Assembly (NCBI RefSeq): GCF_963921235.1
Contig: NC_086109.1
Coordinates: 10,294,001-10,358,000, forward strand
Source of the DNA: Mobula hypostoma
Taxonomy: Eukaryota
Length of the DNA: 64,000 nt
Reading direction: 5' to 3'
Part shown: positions 23,715 through 36,359 of the stretch, one piece after another
How the letters are laid out: every line of letters starts with the position of its first letter
Position numbering within the stretch: position 1 is the stretch's first letter
The notes under the pieces: generated by a model
What the model was told of the DNA's origin: nothing
The model's database searches: none
What the model saw: the letters and a program-made list of their open reading frames with translations, nothing else
Made by a program: the position numbers and the translations under genes

Positions 23715-25150
23715 GGTTATCTATAATTAAATATGTAAATGTACTCAGCATGGTAAGTTTGCAGATGATACTAGAATTGCCAGTGTGGAAGGTTATGAAG
23801 ATGCACGGGGATCTTGATCAGTTTGTATGCAGGCTGAGGACTGGCAATGACTTTCAATGCAGATAAATGTGAGTTATTTCAGTTTGGGAGATCTGAGGGT
23901 AGGACTTGTACCGTGAATGGTAGGGCTCTTGGGAAGCGTTATGCATCAGGGGCACCTGGGAGAGTAAGTGCACAGTTTACTGGAAGTGTCTAGTCAGCTG
24001 GAAAGGGTGGTAAGGAAGATGTTCGGCAAGCTTCATCAATCAGGTATTGAGTATAGAGTCATAGAAAAGTACAGCACAGAAACAGACCCTTCAGCCCATC
24101 TAGTTCAGCCTGAAATGTTTAAACAGTCTACTCCTACCGACTCGCCCTTAGCTCTCCATATCCCTACTACCCATGTACCTATCTTAACTTCTCTTAAACG
24201 TTGAAATCGAGCTTGCATGCACCACTTATGCCAGCAGCTCGTTCCACACTCTCACGGCCCTGTGAGTGAAGACGTTTCCCCTCATGTTCCCCTTAAACTT
24301 CTTACCTTTCACCCTTACCCCATGACCTCTGGTTGTAGTCCCAACCAACCTCACTGAAAAAAACCTGGTTGCATTTACCCAATCTATACCCCTCATAATT
24401 TTGTATACCCCTATCAAATCTCCTCTCAATCTTCTATGTTCCAAGAAATAAAGCCCTAACCAATTCAATCTTTCCTTATAACTCAGATCCTCCAGTCCCG
24501 GCAACATCCTTGTAAATTTTCCCTGTACTCTTTCAACCTTATTTACATCTTTCCTGTAGGTAGGTGACCAGAACTGCACACAATACTCCAAATTAGGCCT
24601 CACCAATGTCTTGGGAGTTGGGAAGTAAAGTTGCAGTTACAGAAGACATTGGTGAGGCCTCACTTGGAATGTGAATGGTTTTGGCCATCCTGTTATGGGA
24701 AAGACGTTGCTAAGCTAGAAAGCATGCAGGGAGAATGTTGCCGGAACTTGGGGCCCGATCTGACAAGGAGTGGTTGTGTGGGTTGGGAGTTTATTCCCTG
24801 GAAAGTGGGAGATTAAGCAGTGAAGTGATATAGACAGATAAGACTTTGAGGGGCATGGACACTGAAAACACACAGTATTTTGTACAGGGAGGAGGTGCTA
24901 AAAATAAGGCATAGGTTTAAGATTGGGTGAGAGATCTAAAAGGGACGTCGGGGGCAGCTTTGTTATACAAAAGGAGGTGCATCTTTGGAATGAGCTGCCA
25001 GAAATAGCAGCTGAGGTGGGCGTTTTAGCAACGTATGAAAGGTAAGGACATGGATAGGAGAGGTTTCAAGGGCGGTGTGCAAAATGCAAGCAGTTTGGAC
25101 TAACTCTCTGGGCAACACATTTGGCATGGACTAGATGGGCTGAAGGGCTG
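23715..25150 (+). mobile_element. Old CR1 fragment interrupted by a younger minus-strand CR1 3' end (about 24055-24610)
   Basis: Relic SKFADDT near 23750; minus ORF VRPNLEYCVQFWSP...WNELL. Confidence 0.8.
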
Positions 25151-26199
25151 CCTCCATTCCACGACTTTTCCTGTGACCGAGTGATTTCCCTCCAGGTGAC
25201 CCAGCTTCCCCCTCACGTCCCACGGGTGGCACGGTAGTGTAGTGGTTAGCACAGCACTTTACAGTACCAGTGACCCAGGTTCAATTCCCAGCAGTGCCTG
25301 TAAGGAGTCTGTGCATTCTCCCCAGGAGATTCCACCCACAATCCCACAATCTAAATTGTCCCGTGATTAGGCTGGGATTCAGCTGGGGGGTTGCTGGGTA
25401 CTGTATCTCAGGAAATACAAATGAGCAGACAGGACAGAATTCGTTGGGGGGGCAGGAGGCTGAGGAGTGACTTTATCGAGGTAAATAAGATCACGAGGTC
25501 AGAATCCTGAGTGGACAGTTCTGAGCATGCCCAGTAACACGGGCGTGGCGATAAACCAAGGCCAACTTTCTACTGTACAGTTAAACAGGGACAGGTGTCA
25601 ACAGCGACCTGCAGATCGAGGCATTCGATACCTGCCTCACGCAGTGTCACGTTGAGTCTGGACGGTGTGTTAGACGTTACATAAACACAGCACAGAGCAG
25701 GCTCTTTGTGTTTGTGCAAGACAAATACATTAGTAATCTTACGGCCAATTAAACTAATCCCCTTATGCCTACACAATGCTCCAAGACTATCTTGTGCCTA
25801 CCAAGGCTCGCTTTTACCAGTCGAGGCATTGAGTTCAAAAGTCAAGAGGTTACGGTACAGCTTTATAAAACTTGGGTTAGGCAGTACTGAGTACAGTTCT
25901 GGTCACCCCGCTACAGGGAGGACGTTGAGGCTTTGGAGAGGGTGCAGAAGAGGTTCACCAGGGTGCTGTCTGGTTTGGAGGGCACGAACTATCACGAGAG
26001 GCTGGATAAACTTGGGTTGTTTTCTCTGGAGCAGCGGAGGCTGAGGGAAGATCTGATAGTTTATAAGATTATGAGAAGCACAGCTAGAGTGGACAGAGAC
26101 ATAAACACGACGAATTCTGCAGATGCTGGAAATTCAAGCAACAGACATAAAAGTTGCTGGTGAACATAGCAGGCCAGGCAGCATCTCTAGGAAGAGGTG

Positions 26200-26237
26200 C
26201 AGTCGACGTTTCAGGCCGAGACCCTTCGTCAGGACTA
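26200..26237 (-). ncRNA. Minimal hammerhead ribozyme motif
   Basis: rc: agtc CTGACGA agggtctcggcct GAAAC GTC gactg; G-U pair at the base of stem II. Confidence 0.6.
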
Positions 26238-26915
26238 ACTGAAGGAAGAGCTAGTAAGAGATTTGAAAGTGAGAGGGGGAGGAGGAGATCCAAAATGATA
26301 GGAGAAGACAGGAGGGGGAGGGATGGAGCCAAGAGCTGGACAGGTGATAGGCAAAAGGGATATGAGAGGATCATGGGACAGGGGGCCTAGGGAGAAAGAA
26401 AAGGTGGGGGGGAAACCCAGAGGATAGGCAAGGGGTATAGTGAGAGGGACAGAGGGAGAAAAAGGAGAGAGAGAGAGAGAAAGAATGTGTGTATATAAAT
26501 AAATAACAGATGGGGTGCAAGGGGGAGATTAGGTTGGAGGAAAAACACCTTATATTCGTCTGGGTAGCCTCCAACCTGATGGCATGAACATTGACTTCTC
26601 TAACTTCCGCTAATGCCCCACCTCCCCCTGGTACCCCAACCGTTAATTATCTATATACACACATTCTTTTTCTCTCTCTCCTTTTTCTCGCTCTGTCCCT
26701 CTCACTATACCCCTTGCCCATCCTCTGGGTTTTTTCCCTGCCCCCCCCCCTTTTCTTTCTCCCTGGGCCTCCTGTCCCATGATCCTCTCATATCCCCTTT
26801 GCCAATCACCTGTCCAGCTCTTGGCTCCATCCCTCCCCCTCCTGTCTTCTCCTATCATTTTGGATCTCCCCCTCCCCCTCCCACTTTCAAATCTCTTACT
26901 AGCTCTTCCTTCAGT

Positions 26916-26953
26916 TAGTCCTGACGAAGGGTCTCGGCCCGAAACGTTGACTG
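26916..26953 (+). ncRNA. Minimal hammerhead ribozyme motif (GUU triplet)
   Basis: agtc CTGACGA agggtctcggccc GAAAC GTT gactg. Confidence 0.68.
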
Positions 26954-27584
26954 TACCTCTTCCTAGATATGCTGCCTGGCCTGCTGCATTCACCAGCAAC
27001 TTTGATGTGTGTTGCGTGGACAGAGAGTATCTGTTTCCCCGGGTTGAAATGTCAAATACGGAAGGTTGAAGGTGAGGGGGGTAGTTTCAGGGGGGATGTG
27101 AGGGGTAAGTTTTTTTATTCAGAGAGTGGTGGATGCCTGGTATACGCTGCCTGGTATGGTGGCAGGGGCAAATATATTAGAGGCTTTTAAAAGACATTTG
27201 GATAGACACATGGATATACGGAGGATGGAGGGATATGGACACGGTGTAGGTAGGAGGGAATACTGTTTGGGTGTTTTTGATTTGCTTTCTAGCTGGTTCA
27301 GCATGACATTGTGGGCTGAATGGCCTGTTTCTGCGCTGTACTGTTCTTTGTTCTATTTCTAATGTCCATATGCCTTCACTGATCTGCCGATCTAAACCTC
27401 TCTTTAAGGTGCCTAATGGATCTGCCCCTACCACAACACAGGCAGTGCATTCCAGGCATCACCGCTCTCTGTGTAAAAAAAACTTGTCCCTCACATTACC
27501 TCTGAACCTACCCCCTCACACCTTCAATGCATGCCCCCCGGTATCAGACATTTCAACACTGGGAAAAAAATACTCTATCTCTTC

Positions 27585-28945
27585 CGCTGATAGAAAAGTA
27601 AAGATAGCGTGCAGTCAGATTGTCAGGAAGGGCAGGCAGGTGATGAGGCCTAGTCACAGCCAACAATATCAAATCATTAGGGATGCACAGTCAGAAAGGA
27701 TAGCAAATATGGTACTCAAGGTGTTGTGTCTAAATGTGCGTAGTATAAGAAATAAGGTGAATGATCTTGTTGCACTATTACAGATTGTCAGGTATGATGT
27801 TGTGGACATCACTGAATCGTGGCTGAAGGATGGTTGTAGTTGGGAGCTGAATGTCCAAGGTTACGCGTTGTATCAGAGGGATAGGAAGGTAGGCAGATAG
27901 AGGGGGTGTTGTGGCTCTGCTGGTAAAGAATGGCATCAAATCAGTAGAACGATGTGACAGGATCGGAAGATGTTGAATCCTTGTGTGTTAAATTAAGAAA
28001 CTGCAAGGGTAATAGGACGTTGATGGCAGTTATATACAGGACTCCCACCAGTGGCTGGGATGTGGACCACAGGTTACAACAGAAAATAGAAAAGGTGAGT
28101 CAAAAAGGCAATGTTATGATAGTCATGGGAAATTTTAACATGCAGGTCGATTGCGAAAATCAGATTGGTAATGGATCTCAAGAGAGTGAGTTTGTTGAAT
28201 ACCTACGAGATGGCTTTTTAGAGCAGTTTGCCATTGAGCCTATTAGGGGATCAGCTATACTGGATTGGGTGTTATGTAATAAACCGCAGGTGATTAGGGA
28301 GCTTAAGGTAAAAGAGCCCTTATGATGTGTTCAACTTGAAATTTGATCGGGAGAAAGTAAAGTCTGATGTAGCAGTATTTCAGTGGATAAAGGGAAATTA
28401 CAGTGGCATGAGAGAGGACTTGGCCAAAGTAAATTGGAAGGAGCTGCTGGCGGGGATGTCAGCAGAGCAGTAATGATGTGTGTTTCTGGGAAAAATGAGG
28501 AAGGTGCAGGACACGTGTATTCCAAAAATGAAGAAATACTCAAATAGTAAAATAGTACAACTGTGGCTGACAAGGGAAGTTAAAGCTATTGTAAAAGCAA
28601 AAGAAAAGGCATACAACAAAGCAAAAATTAGTGGGAAGATAGAGGATTGGGAAGTTTTTAAAAACCTACAGACAGCAACTAAAATAATCATTAGAAGGGA
28701 AAAGATGGAATATGAAAGCAAGCTAGTAGAAATATCAAAGTGGATAGTAAAAGTATTTCAAGTATGTTAAAAATAAAAGAGAACTGAGAGTGGATATAGG
28801 ACTGCTAGAAAATGAGGCAGGAGAGGTAATAATGGGGGACAAAAGAGATGGCTGATGAACTAAATGAGTATTTCGTGTCAATCTTCACTCTGGAAGGTAC
28901 TAGCAGTATGCCTGATGCTGTAGTGTGTGAAGGAAGAGAAGAGGG
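27585..28945 (+). mobile_element. CR1 internal fragment: ORF2 APE endonuclease region, disrupted
   Basis: LKVLCLNVRSIRNK...YDVVDITESWL, IVMGNFN, SAILDWVL, MADELNEYFVSIFT; in-frame stops. Confidence 0.9.
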
Positions 28946-29399
28946 TCCAGTTACTGTTACAAGTTTATTGATGAGACAGTCCTGGTTCGCCGGGCAGAGA
29001 GACTGTAGGTGGAAGATCAAGAAGCAAAAGGACTTCCGAAGATGGGGAGTTAACCTGTGAGGACACGATAGGAGGCACAGATTGAGTGGACAGCCAGAAC
29101 TTTGATCCTGGGATGGAAATAGCTAATACAAGTGCAAAATAATTTGAAGTGACTGGGGCTGTCAGAAGCAGGGCTTTACACTGAGAGTGGCAGATGCCTG
29201 GGACACCCTGCCACGGCTGGTGCAGGAAGCAGATACACTAGGGGCATATAAAGTACTCTTGGATGGGCAAATGGATGACAGAAAAATAGAGAGCTCTATG
29301 GGAGGGAAGGGTGAGGTTGACCCGAGAGTAAGTTAAAAGGTCAGCACAACACTGTGGACTGAAGGCCCTGTACTGTGCTGTAATATTCTGTTCTATATT

Positions 29400-29675
29400 T
29401 TATTTATTTATTTATTGAGATACCACGTGGAATCTGGCCCTTCCAGTCATGTCGCCCTGCAATCCCCCAATTTAATCCCAGCCTAATCACGGGACAATTT
29501 ACAATGACCAATTAACCTACCAACCAGTACGTCTTCAAACTGTGGGAGGAAACCGGAACAAGCACACACATTCATGAGGAAAACGTAGAAACTCCTTACA
29601 GGCAGTGGTGGGAATTGAACCCATGTCGCCAGTACTGTAAAGTGTTGTGCTAACCGCTACACCACCATGCCGCCC
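29400..29675 (-). mobile_element. tRNA-derived SINE
   Basis: (ttta)n tail; gggaattgaaccc is the rc B box and gctaaccgctacacca the rc A box. Confidence 0.8.
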
Positions 29676-29764
29676 ACTATAGCCGCTGAAATTCAGAAGA
29701 ATGGGTGCGGGGGGGCAGGTAGGTCTTAAAGGAATATGGAACTTAGAAATGAATAAATGGTGAT

Positions 29765-30565
29765 AATGCTGATAAATGTGAGGTGCTACATTTTGGTAGG
29801 ACTAATCAAAATAGGACATACATGGTAGATGGTAGGGCATTGAAGAATGCAGTAGAACAGAGGGATCTAGGAATAATGGTGCATAGTTCCCTGAAGGTGG
29901 AATCTCATGTGGATAGGGTGGTGAAGAAAGCTTTTGGTATGCTGGCCTTTATTAATCAGAGCATTGAGTATAGGAGTTGGGATGTAATGATGAAATTGTT
30001 TAAGGCATTAGTGAGGCCAAATTTGGAGTATTGTGTACAGTTCTGGTCACCGAATTATAGGAAAGATGTCAATAAAATTGAGAGAGTACAGAGGAGATTT
30101 ACTAAAATGTTGCCTGGGTCTCATCTCCTAAGTTACAGAGAAAGGTTGAACAAGTTAGATCTTTATTCTTTGGAGCGTAGAAGGTTGAGGGGGGAGTTGA
30201 TAGAGGTATTTAAAATTATGAGGGGGGATAGATAGAGTTGACGTGGATAGTCTTTTTCCGTTGAGAGTGGGGGAGATTCAAACAAGAGGACATGAGTTGA
30301 GAGTTAAAGGGCAAAACTTTAGGGCTAACATGAGGGGGAACTTCTTTACTCAGAGAGTGGTAGCTGTGTGGAACGAGCTTCCAGCAGAAGTGGTTGAGGC
30401 AGGTTCGATGTTGTCATTTAAAGTTAAATTGGACAACTATATGGACAGGAAAGGAATGGAGGATTATGGGCTGAGTGCAGGTCGGTGGGACTAGGTGAGA
30501 GTAAGAGTTCGGCATGGACTAGAAGGGCTGAGATGGCCTGTTTTCGTGCTTAAATTGTTATATGG
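29765..30565 (+). mobile_element. Young CR1 3' fragment
   Basis: Nearly intact ORF2 C-terminus (LHFGRTNQ...RPNLEYCVQFWSP...GRWD*) with one frameshift; ttatatgg tail. Confidence 0.92.
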
Positions 30566-31466
30566 TTAGTAAGGTGAAAAATAAGTCAGAGGCAGGAAAG
30601 TTGTTTCCACTGGTAGGTGAGACTAGAATTAGGGGACAGAGCCTCAAGATTTAGGGGGATAGATTTAGGATGGAGATGAGGAGAAACTGCTTTTCCCAGA
30701 AAGTAGTGAATTTGTAGAATTCTCTGCTCAGGGAAGAGGTAGAGGCTGACTCATTAAAAAGACTGAAGACACATTTGGATAGATTTTTGCATAGCAGGGA
30801 AATGAAGAGCTATCTGGAAAAGACAGGCAGGCGGATTTGAGTCCAAGGTCAGATCTATCATGGTTCTTTTGATGAGCAGAGCAGGCTTGACAGGCCAAAT
30901 AGCCTACTCCTGCTCCTAATTCTTACGTTATCCTCGTGTGGGAGAAACCGAAGGCTTCATTATGTTCACTTCAAGGATCAACTATATTTGCCATCTACAT
31001 TTACAAGTATTAGGAATTTGTTGTGATATGTTTGTCAGGGCACGATGTGCAATAAAAACATCTTTCAACAATAATAAAGAATTATATCAAAAATAAAGTT
31101 GAGAGGTTACAATACAGATATGGAATAAAATGTGCTTAAATACATAAATACCAGCATGTATTTTACAATGCAAACAGCTTTATAAGAAGAGGTTTAAGGT
31201 GTTGACAAAGCAGTGACAGGGTTAATAGACAGAAGGGAGCCGTGTAACTAACTACAATGGTTGATCAGATTAACTGACTTGGGGGGGGGGGGAGAAACTT
31301 TTAAGATGGCATGACTTTTTTGTTTGTTTTAATAGCCGTATTGTGCTTTCCAGAAGGAAGCTCTCGAAAAGGTTTAGTGGGTGTGTAGTGTCCGCTGTGC
31401 TGAATTGTATTGCGAAGCAGGGAATCCCCGGAACTGGGTGGGATGAAGAATTGAAAGGCTGCGTTT

Positions 31467-31484
31467 TACTGCCCTCCAGTGGCG
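31467..31484 (-). promoter_or_regulatory. CTCF-like motif (rc cgCCACTGGAGGGCAGta) in unique sequence
   Basis: Strong match to the CCASYAGRKGGCRS consensus; lies in a non-repetitive, CpG-containing island (about 31330-31520). Confidence 0.55.
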
Positions 31485-31829
31485 GATATACGTATGACAA
31501 GAAACTTCAACGTGATGATAAATTTGGGATCACACTTTCTGTAATTTAAATCAAGTTAAAATAGAAAGCAAATCAATGTTCTGCTGTAAACCTAAATATA
31601 AATGTGGCTTCATTGTTCAGATTTTCACAACCTGTGTCACTCCAGTTGTTCAGATACCCAAGCCCTGGAATTTCCTGTTCTAAACTTCTCCACTTCTTTA
31701 ACCCCTCCTTCTGTCCTACTTCATGATCTGCCCTTCTTTAAGCAGATTTCAGCTCCAAGGTTGCAGTTGTTTTCCTCAGAGAAAAGTACACTGGGAAGAG
31801 CTTAATCCAGACGGAGAACACGATGGCCT

Positions 31830-32050
31830 GGAGATACAGGAAACTACAAATGCTGGAATCTGCAGCAACACACAAGATACTGGAGGACCTCAGCAGGTCG
31901 GGCTGTGTAGAGTAGGGAAATGGATGGTCAACATTTTAGGTCGAGACCCTTCACCAGGACCAGATGAAGGGTCGCAACCCAAAAGGTCAACGGTCCATTT
32001 TTCCCTCAAGAGATGCTGCCTGACCTACTGAGTTCCTCCATCAGATTGCA
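31830..32050. mobile_element. Palindromic Penelope-derived mini element centred on the hammerhead region
   Basis: ...ggtcgagacccttcaccagg | accagatgaagggtcgcaacccaaaa...; the arms are imperfect reverse complements. Confidence 0.7.
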
Positions 32051-33044
32051 TGTTGAACACAGTGGCCTGGTTTCAACAGGGTAGACAGAAGAAGCAAGGC
32101 TCATTTATTCGAGTTTCAAGGACCGAAGGCCACAAATTACATTTGACATAGAACAACAGAACAGTACAGGAGAGGGATATGCCCTTCACACATCATGTTG
32201 TGCTGAACTATTTAAAATAATTATACCAAATTAAACCATTCCTTTCTGCTTATACAGATCCATTTTCCTCCATTCTCTGCACATTTGTGTGCCTTTCTAA
32301 GAATCTCTTAAAAGCCTCTATTGTGTCTTCCTCCACCACCATCCATGACCCATTCCAGTCCCCTTGTAAAAAAATTGCCTTGCGCAACTCCTTTGAACAA
32401 TCCCCTTCTCACCTTACATGCCATGCCCTCAAATATGAGACATTACAACCATGAGAAAGGATATTAACCGTCTGCTCTATCTACATGCCTTAAAAATGTC
32501 AAAACTTCTGTCAGCTCTTCTCTCAGTGTCTGCCACTCCAGAGAAAACAACACATCTTCTCCTTACAGTCCATGTCCTCAAATCCAGGCTGTAAACCTCT
32601 CCCGCACACTCTGCTAAACCTCCCCATCCTTTCTATAATGGGGTGACTAGAAATGAATGCAGTCACCGTTCCTCTCCAAGCTGTGAGGGTGCCTGGCCAC
32701 ACGGTAACTGAAATGCTCCCATGCGCACAGCCATTGGAATTAAGATAGATGAGAAAGAGTTTATGAAACATGAAAGATTTTCTTTGTTGTACTGCATTTC
32801 ATCATACCCTTCCATTAATAAATAAAATCAAAAGTATGTGATTTTTCAGTTTTCTTTCTGAATATTCTTAGTCTGCATATTGCAAAAAAAACATTTAAAG
32901 TGCCACGCTGCTTTTAGGTTGTGTAAAGGACTACTGCTCAGTGCAATGGTTGGTCCGTGCAGCTGTGAAAAATAATTAAAGGGAACATTGAATACAATGA
33001 CGTAGGAGTAGCCTAACAAAAGTTTTATAAAGTTGCAAGGAGGA

Positions 33045-33435
33045 TAGTTAGAAGGGTGTAGGTGGAGCCAGGTGGCTTAAAGGGCTAAACGGTTGGAGGG
33101 AAAAGTATCTGATAGGAGAGGAAAGTGGACCATAGGAGAAAGAGAAAGAAGAGGAACCAGGAGGAGGAGATAGGCAGATGAGAAGAGGTAAGAGACCAGA
33201 GTACCTTTCCTACCCACCTGACTTCACCTATCACCTTCTAGCTAACCTCCTTTCCCTCCCACAACCTTTTTATTCTGGCGTTTTCACCCTTCTGTTCCAT
33301 TCCTGAAGGACAGGCTCAGTCCGAAACGTCGACTGTTTATTCATCTCCATAGATGCTGCCTGACCTGCTGAGTTCCTCCAGCATTTTGTCTCTGTTGCCC
33401 TCGGATTTCCAGCATCTGCAGAATTTCTTGTGTGT
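33045..33435. mobile_element. Old inverted Penelope-type remnant
   Basis: GA-rich minus arm, then CT-rich plus arm with cctgaagga...ccgaaacgtcgactg. Confidence 0.65.
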
Positions 33436-34346
33436 AAGATTTTTTAAATTATGTTTTGCATTGTACTGCTACTGCAAATCGACCAATTTCACCACCTACG
33501 CCAGTGATATTAAACTTGGTTGTGACGCAAGCTCCACAGAGACAGCACCAGGGATCAGAATCGAACCTCGATCGTTGGAACTAGCAGGTTCATAGCCCTA
33601 CTATGCAGGCTGCCAGGCTGCACTTAATGTCACAACATTTCAGGGGGATTATCCTTGCATTGGAAACAATTCAGAGAATATTCACCAGGTTGTCTCCTAA
33701 GATAAAGGGGTTGCATCTTGGAAAAATTCAACAGAGAGGTTATTACATCAAAAGATGTGATTCTGGGAGGACTTGACCAGGTCGATGCTGAACGTATGGT
33801 TCTTTTCATGGGCTAATCTCAAAAGAAAAGAGGTTTTGCATTTGAGATGGAGCTGAAGAAGATAGGAGCTATGAATATTGAATATTTGGAGTTCTCTCTG
33901 AGCCAGTGACTGTAATTAAGGCTCAGATAGAGAGATTTTTCTTCTATAGAGGAGTTCACGTTTTTGGTGAACAGGCAAGAAAGTGGAGGCTAAAATCAGA
34001 TCAATCATGATCTTATTGAATACTAGAAAAAAACTAAGGGGCCTGATGGCTCATTTGTCTTACAGCCTTGCATTCAACTTCTGCACAGAAGTGTCAAGTA
34101 GCTACTAAAAGTAGCCATGCAAGTGGTTAGGGTGGTAAAGAAAACAATAGTCACATTTGCCTTCATTGCCTTCACTGAGTATAAGAGTCAGGAAGATGCA
34201 GATTAGAAAACTTTGGTTAGGCCACTTTTGGAGTACTGCATGCAGTTCTGGTCACCCCATTTCAGGAAGGAGGTGAAGGCTTCAGGAAAACTGCAGAACA
34301 GGTTTACTAGACTACTGCCCGGATTTAGAGGCTTATAAATCTATAA

Positions 34347-34658
34347 TAAAGGCATCCGTTAGTCTTGCGAGACCATGGATCTGCACCTGGAATGTCTTCA
34401 CTCGCCAGGGCGCAGGCCTGGGCAAGGTTGTATGGAAGACCAGCAGTTGCCCATGCTGCAAGTCTCCCCTCTCCACGACACCGATGTTGTCTAAGGGAAG
34501 GGCATTAGGACCCATACAGCTTGGCACTGGTGTCATCGCAGAGCAATGTGTGATTAAGTGCCTTGCTCAAGGACACAACACGTTGCCTTGGCTGGGGCTC
34601 GAACTCACGGCCTTCAGGTCACTAGTCCAATGCCTTAACCACTTGGCCACGTGCCCAC
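34347..34658 (-). mobile_element. Young tRNA-headed SINE (family Y, copy 1)
   Basis: Near-identical to 38435-38752 and 55172-55483; TSD aa(a/g)tctataa; inserted in a CR1 relic. Confidence 0.9.
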
Positions 34659-35654
34659 AAGTCTATAAGGAGCTATAAAGGGGAGGTTGAGCAAATTTAG
34701 TTGTTTTCGCTGGAGGGGAGATCTGATAGACCTTTATAAGATCATGAGCGGGTTAGGGATACTGATCACTAGAGGACATGCATTTAAGGTGAGGGGAGGT
34801 AAGTTTAAAGGAGATGTGCAAGGGGGGGGCACGGCAGCGTAGTGCCAGTACCAGCAACCAGAGTTCAATTCCCGGTCGCTGTCCATAAGGAGTTTGTACG
34901 TTTCACTTCGTGCCCGCATGGGTTTCCTCCAGGTGCTCCAGTTTCCCCCCACCGTCCAATGGCATACCATTTGGTAGGGTAATTAGTCATTGTAAATTGG
35001 GGGTGGGGGTATTGTTGGGTGGCACAGTTCAAAGGGCCAGAGGGACTATTCCACACTGTATCTCAATAAATAAATAATAATAATGTTATTTTACACAGGT
35101 ACCTGAAACTGGGGAGTGGTGGAAGTAGATACCATAGTGCTGTTTAAAAGGCTGCTAAATAGACAGAGAAATGTGTGGGGAATGGAGTAAATATGGATCG
35201 TGTGCAGGCAGAAGAGACTTACTTTAAGTTGGTCTCATGTTTGGTGTCGACATTGTGGGCCAGAAGTCCCATCCCTGCACTCAATATTCTATGTTTTAAA
35301 GTTGCAATTGAGTTATGAGTTTACTTTGGTTCTCTGATTTTATTTTCTTCCAGAGTTGGGTTTTGAGAACTTTAATTATCCCTTCTGGAATTACCTTTAT
35401 TAGCATATCATGTGGACAGAATTACAGCAATTGTCGATTTCCGCTGCCTCTAAAGGAAAGAGCTGTACAACTTTTAATCCTATTTTATGGATAAATCAAC
35501 TTGGAAGTGTTCTATTTGCTCTCTTCAGCCAAACAGCTGTGAATAGCTGGGCGCCAAGCAGCAACTAGTCATGGCCTGACGATCTTAGAATGATCCATTT
35601 GTTCCCACACTTGGCTTTCTGTCCAATAACAGCTCCCAATCCATGCGCGGTTAA

Positions 35655-36245
35655 GGTGTAAGGTGTGTTGGCCTTCATTGGGGGATTGAGTTCAAGAGCC
35701 GTGAGGTAATGTTGCAGCTCTATAAATCCTGGTTAGACCACATTTGGAGTATGTGCTCAGTTCTGGTCACCTATTATAGGAAGAATGGAGAAATTTTTAG
35801 AGAGCGTGCAAAGGAGATTTACCAGGATGAGAGATAGGTCTTGTATGGATAGGTTAAGCGAGCTAGGGCTTTTCTCTTTGGAGAGATGGAGGATGAGTGG
35901 TGACTTGATAGAGGTGTACAAGATGATGTGAGGCATAGATTGAGTGGATGGCCAGTGCCCTTCTCCCAGAGCAAAAGTAGTTAATAGAAGTGGGCATAAC
36001 TTTAAGGTGTTTGGAGGGAAGTGTGGGGAGGATGTCGGAAGCAGCCTTTTTACACAGACATTGGTAGGTACAAAGAACAAGTTGCCAGGGGTGTTGGTAG
36101 GGCAGATACATTAGGAACATTTAGGAGACTTAGATAGTGGATGAATGAGAAATGGAGGAGTACATGGGAGGAAAGTGTAATTGATGTTAGAGTGGGTTAA
36201 AGTGTCAACAGAACATCGTGGGCCAAAGGGCCAGCACTGTGTCAG
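35655..36245 (+). mobile_element. CR1 3' fragment
   Basis: RPHLEY...QFWSP relic and 3'UTR. Confidence 0.8.
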
Positions 36246-36359
36246 TTTATTAGGCCAATACTACGTATACTAACCCTGTTAAGCAACCCTGGTCTGAAAG
36301 CTTTCCAAAAATTCAAATTCACTGCGTTCATTGGCACTCCCTGATTTATTCTATTAGTT

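Larger units (their letters stand above)
26100..27015. mobile_element. Young Penelope-like element, inverted two-arm insertion with GIY-YIG C-terminal relic
   Basis: 11-bp TSD gtggacagaga (26089-26099, 27016-27026). Minus arm 26100-26525, plus arm 26530-27015 starting with LEEKHLI(FR)LGSLQPDGMNIDFSNFR* (one frameshift). Confidence 0.88.
25825..27360 (+). mobile_element. CR1 3' fragment hosting an inverted Penelope insertion
   Basis: ERVQKRFTRVL...YKIMR upstream and DREYLFPRVEMS downstream join across the insertion. Confidence 0.85.

Noticed and set aside
26084..26999. Recurrent ORFs MLVNAAGQAAS... / MILSYPLC... as a gene family
   Set aside because: Chance frames in the non-coding Penelope terminal repeat, repeated wherever the element occurs.
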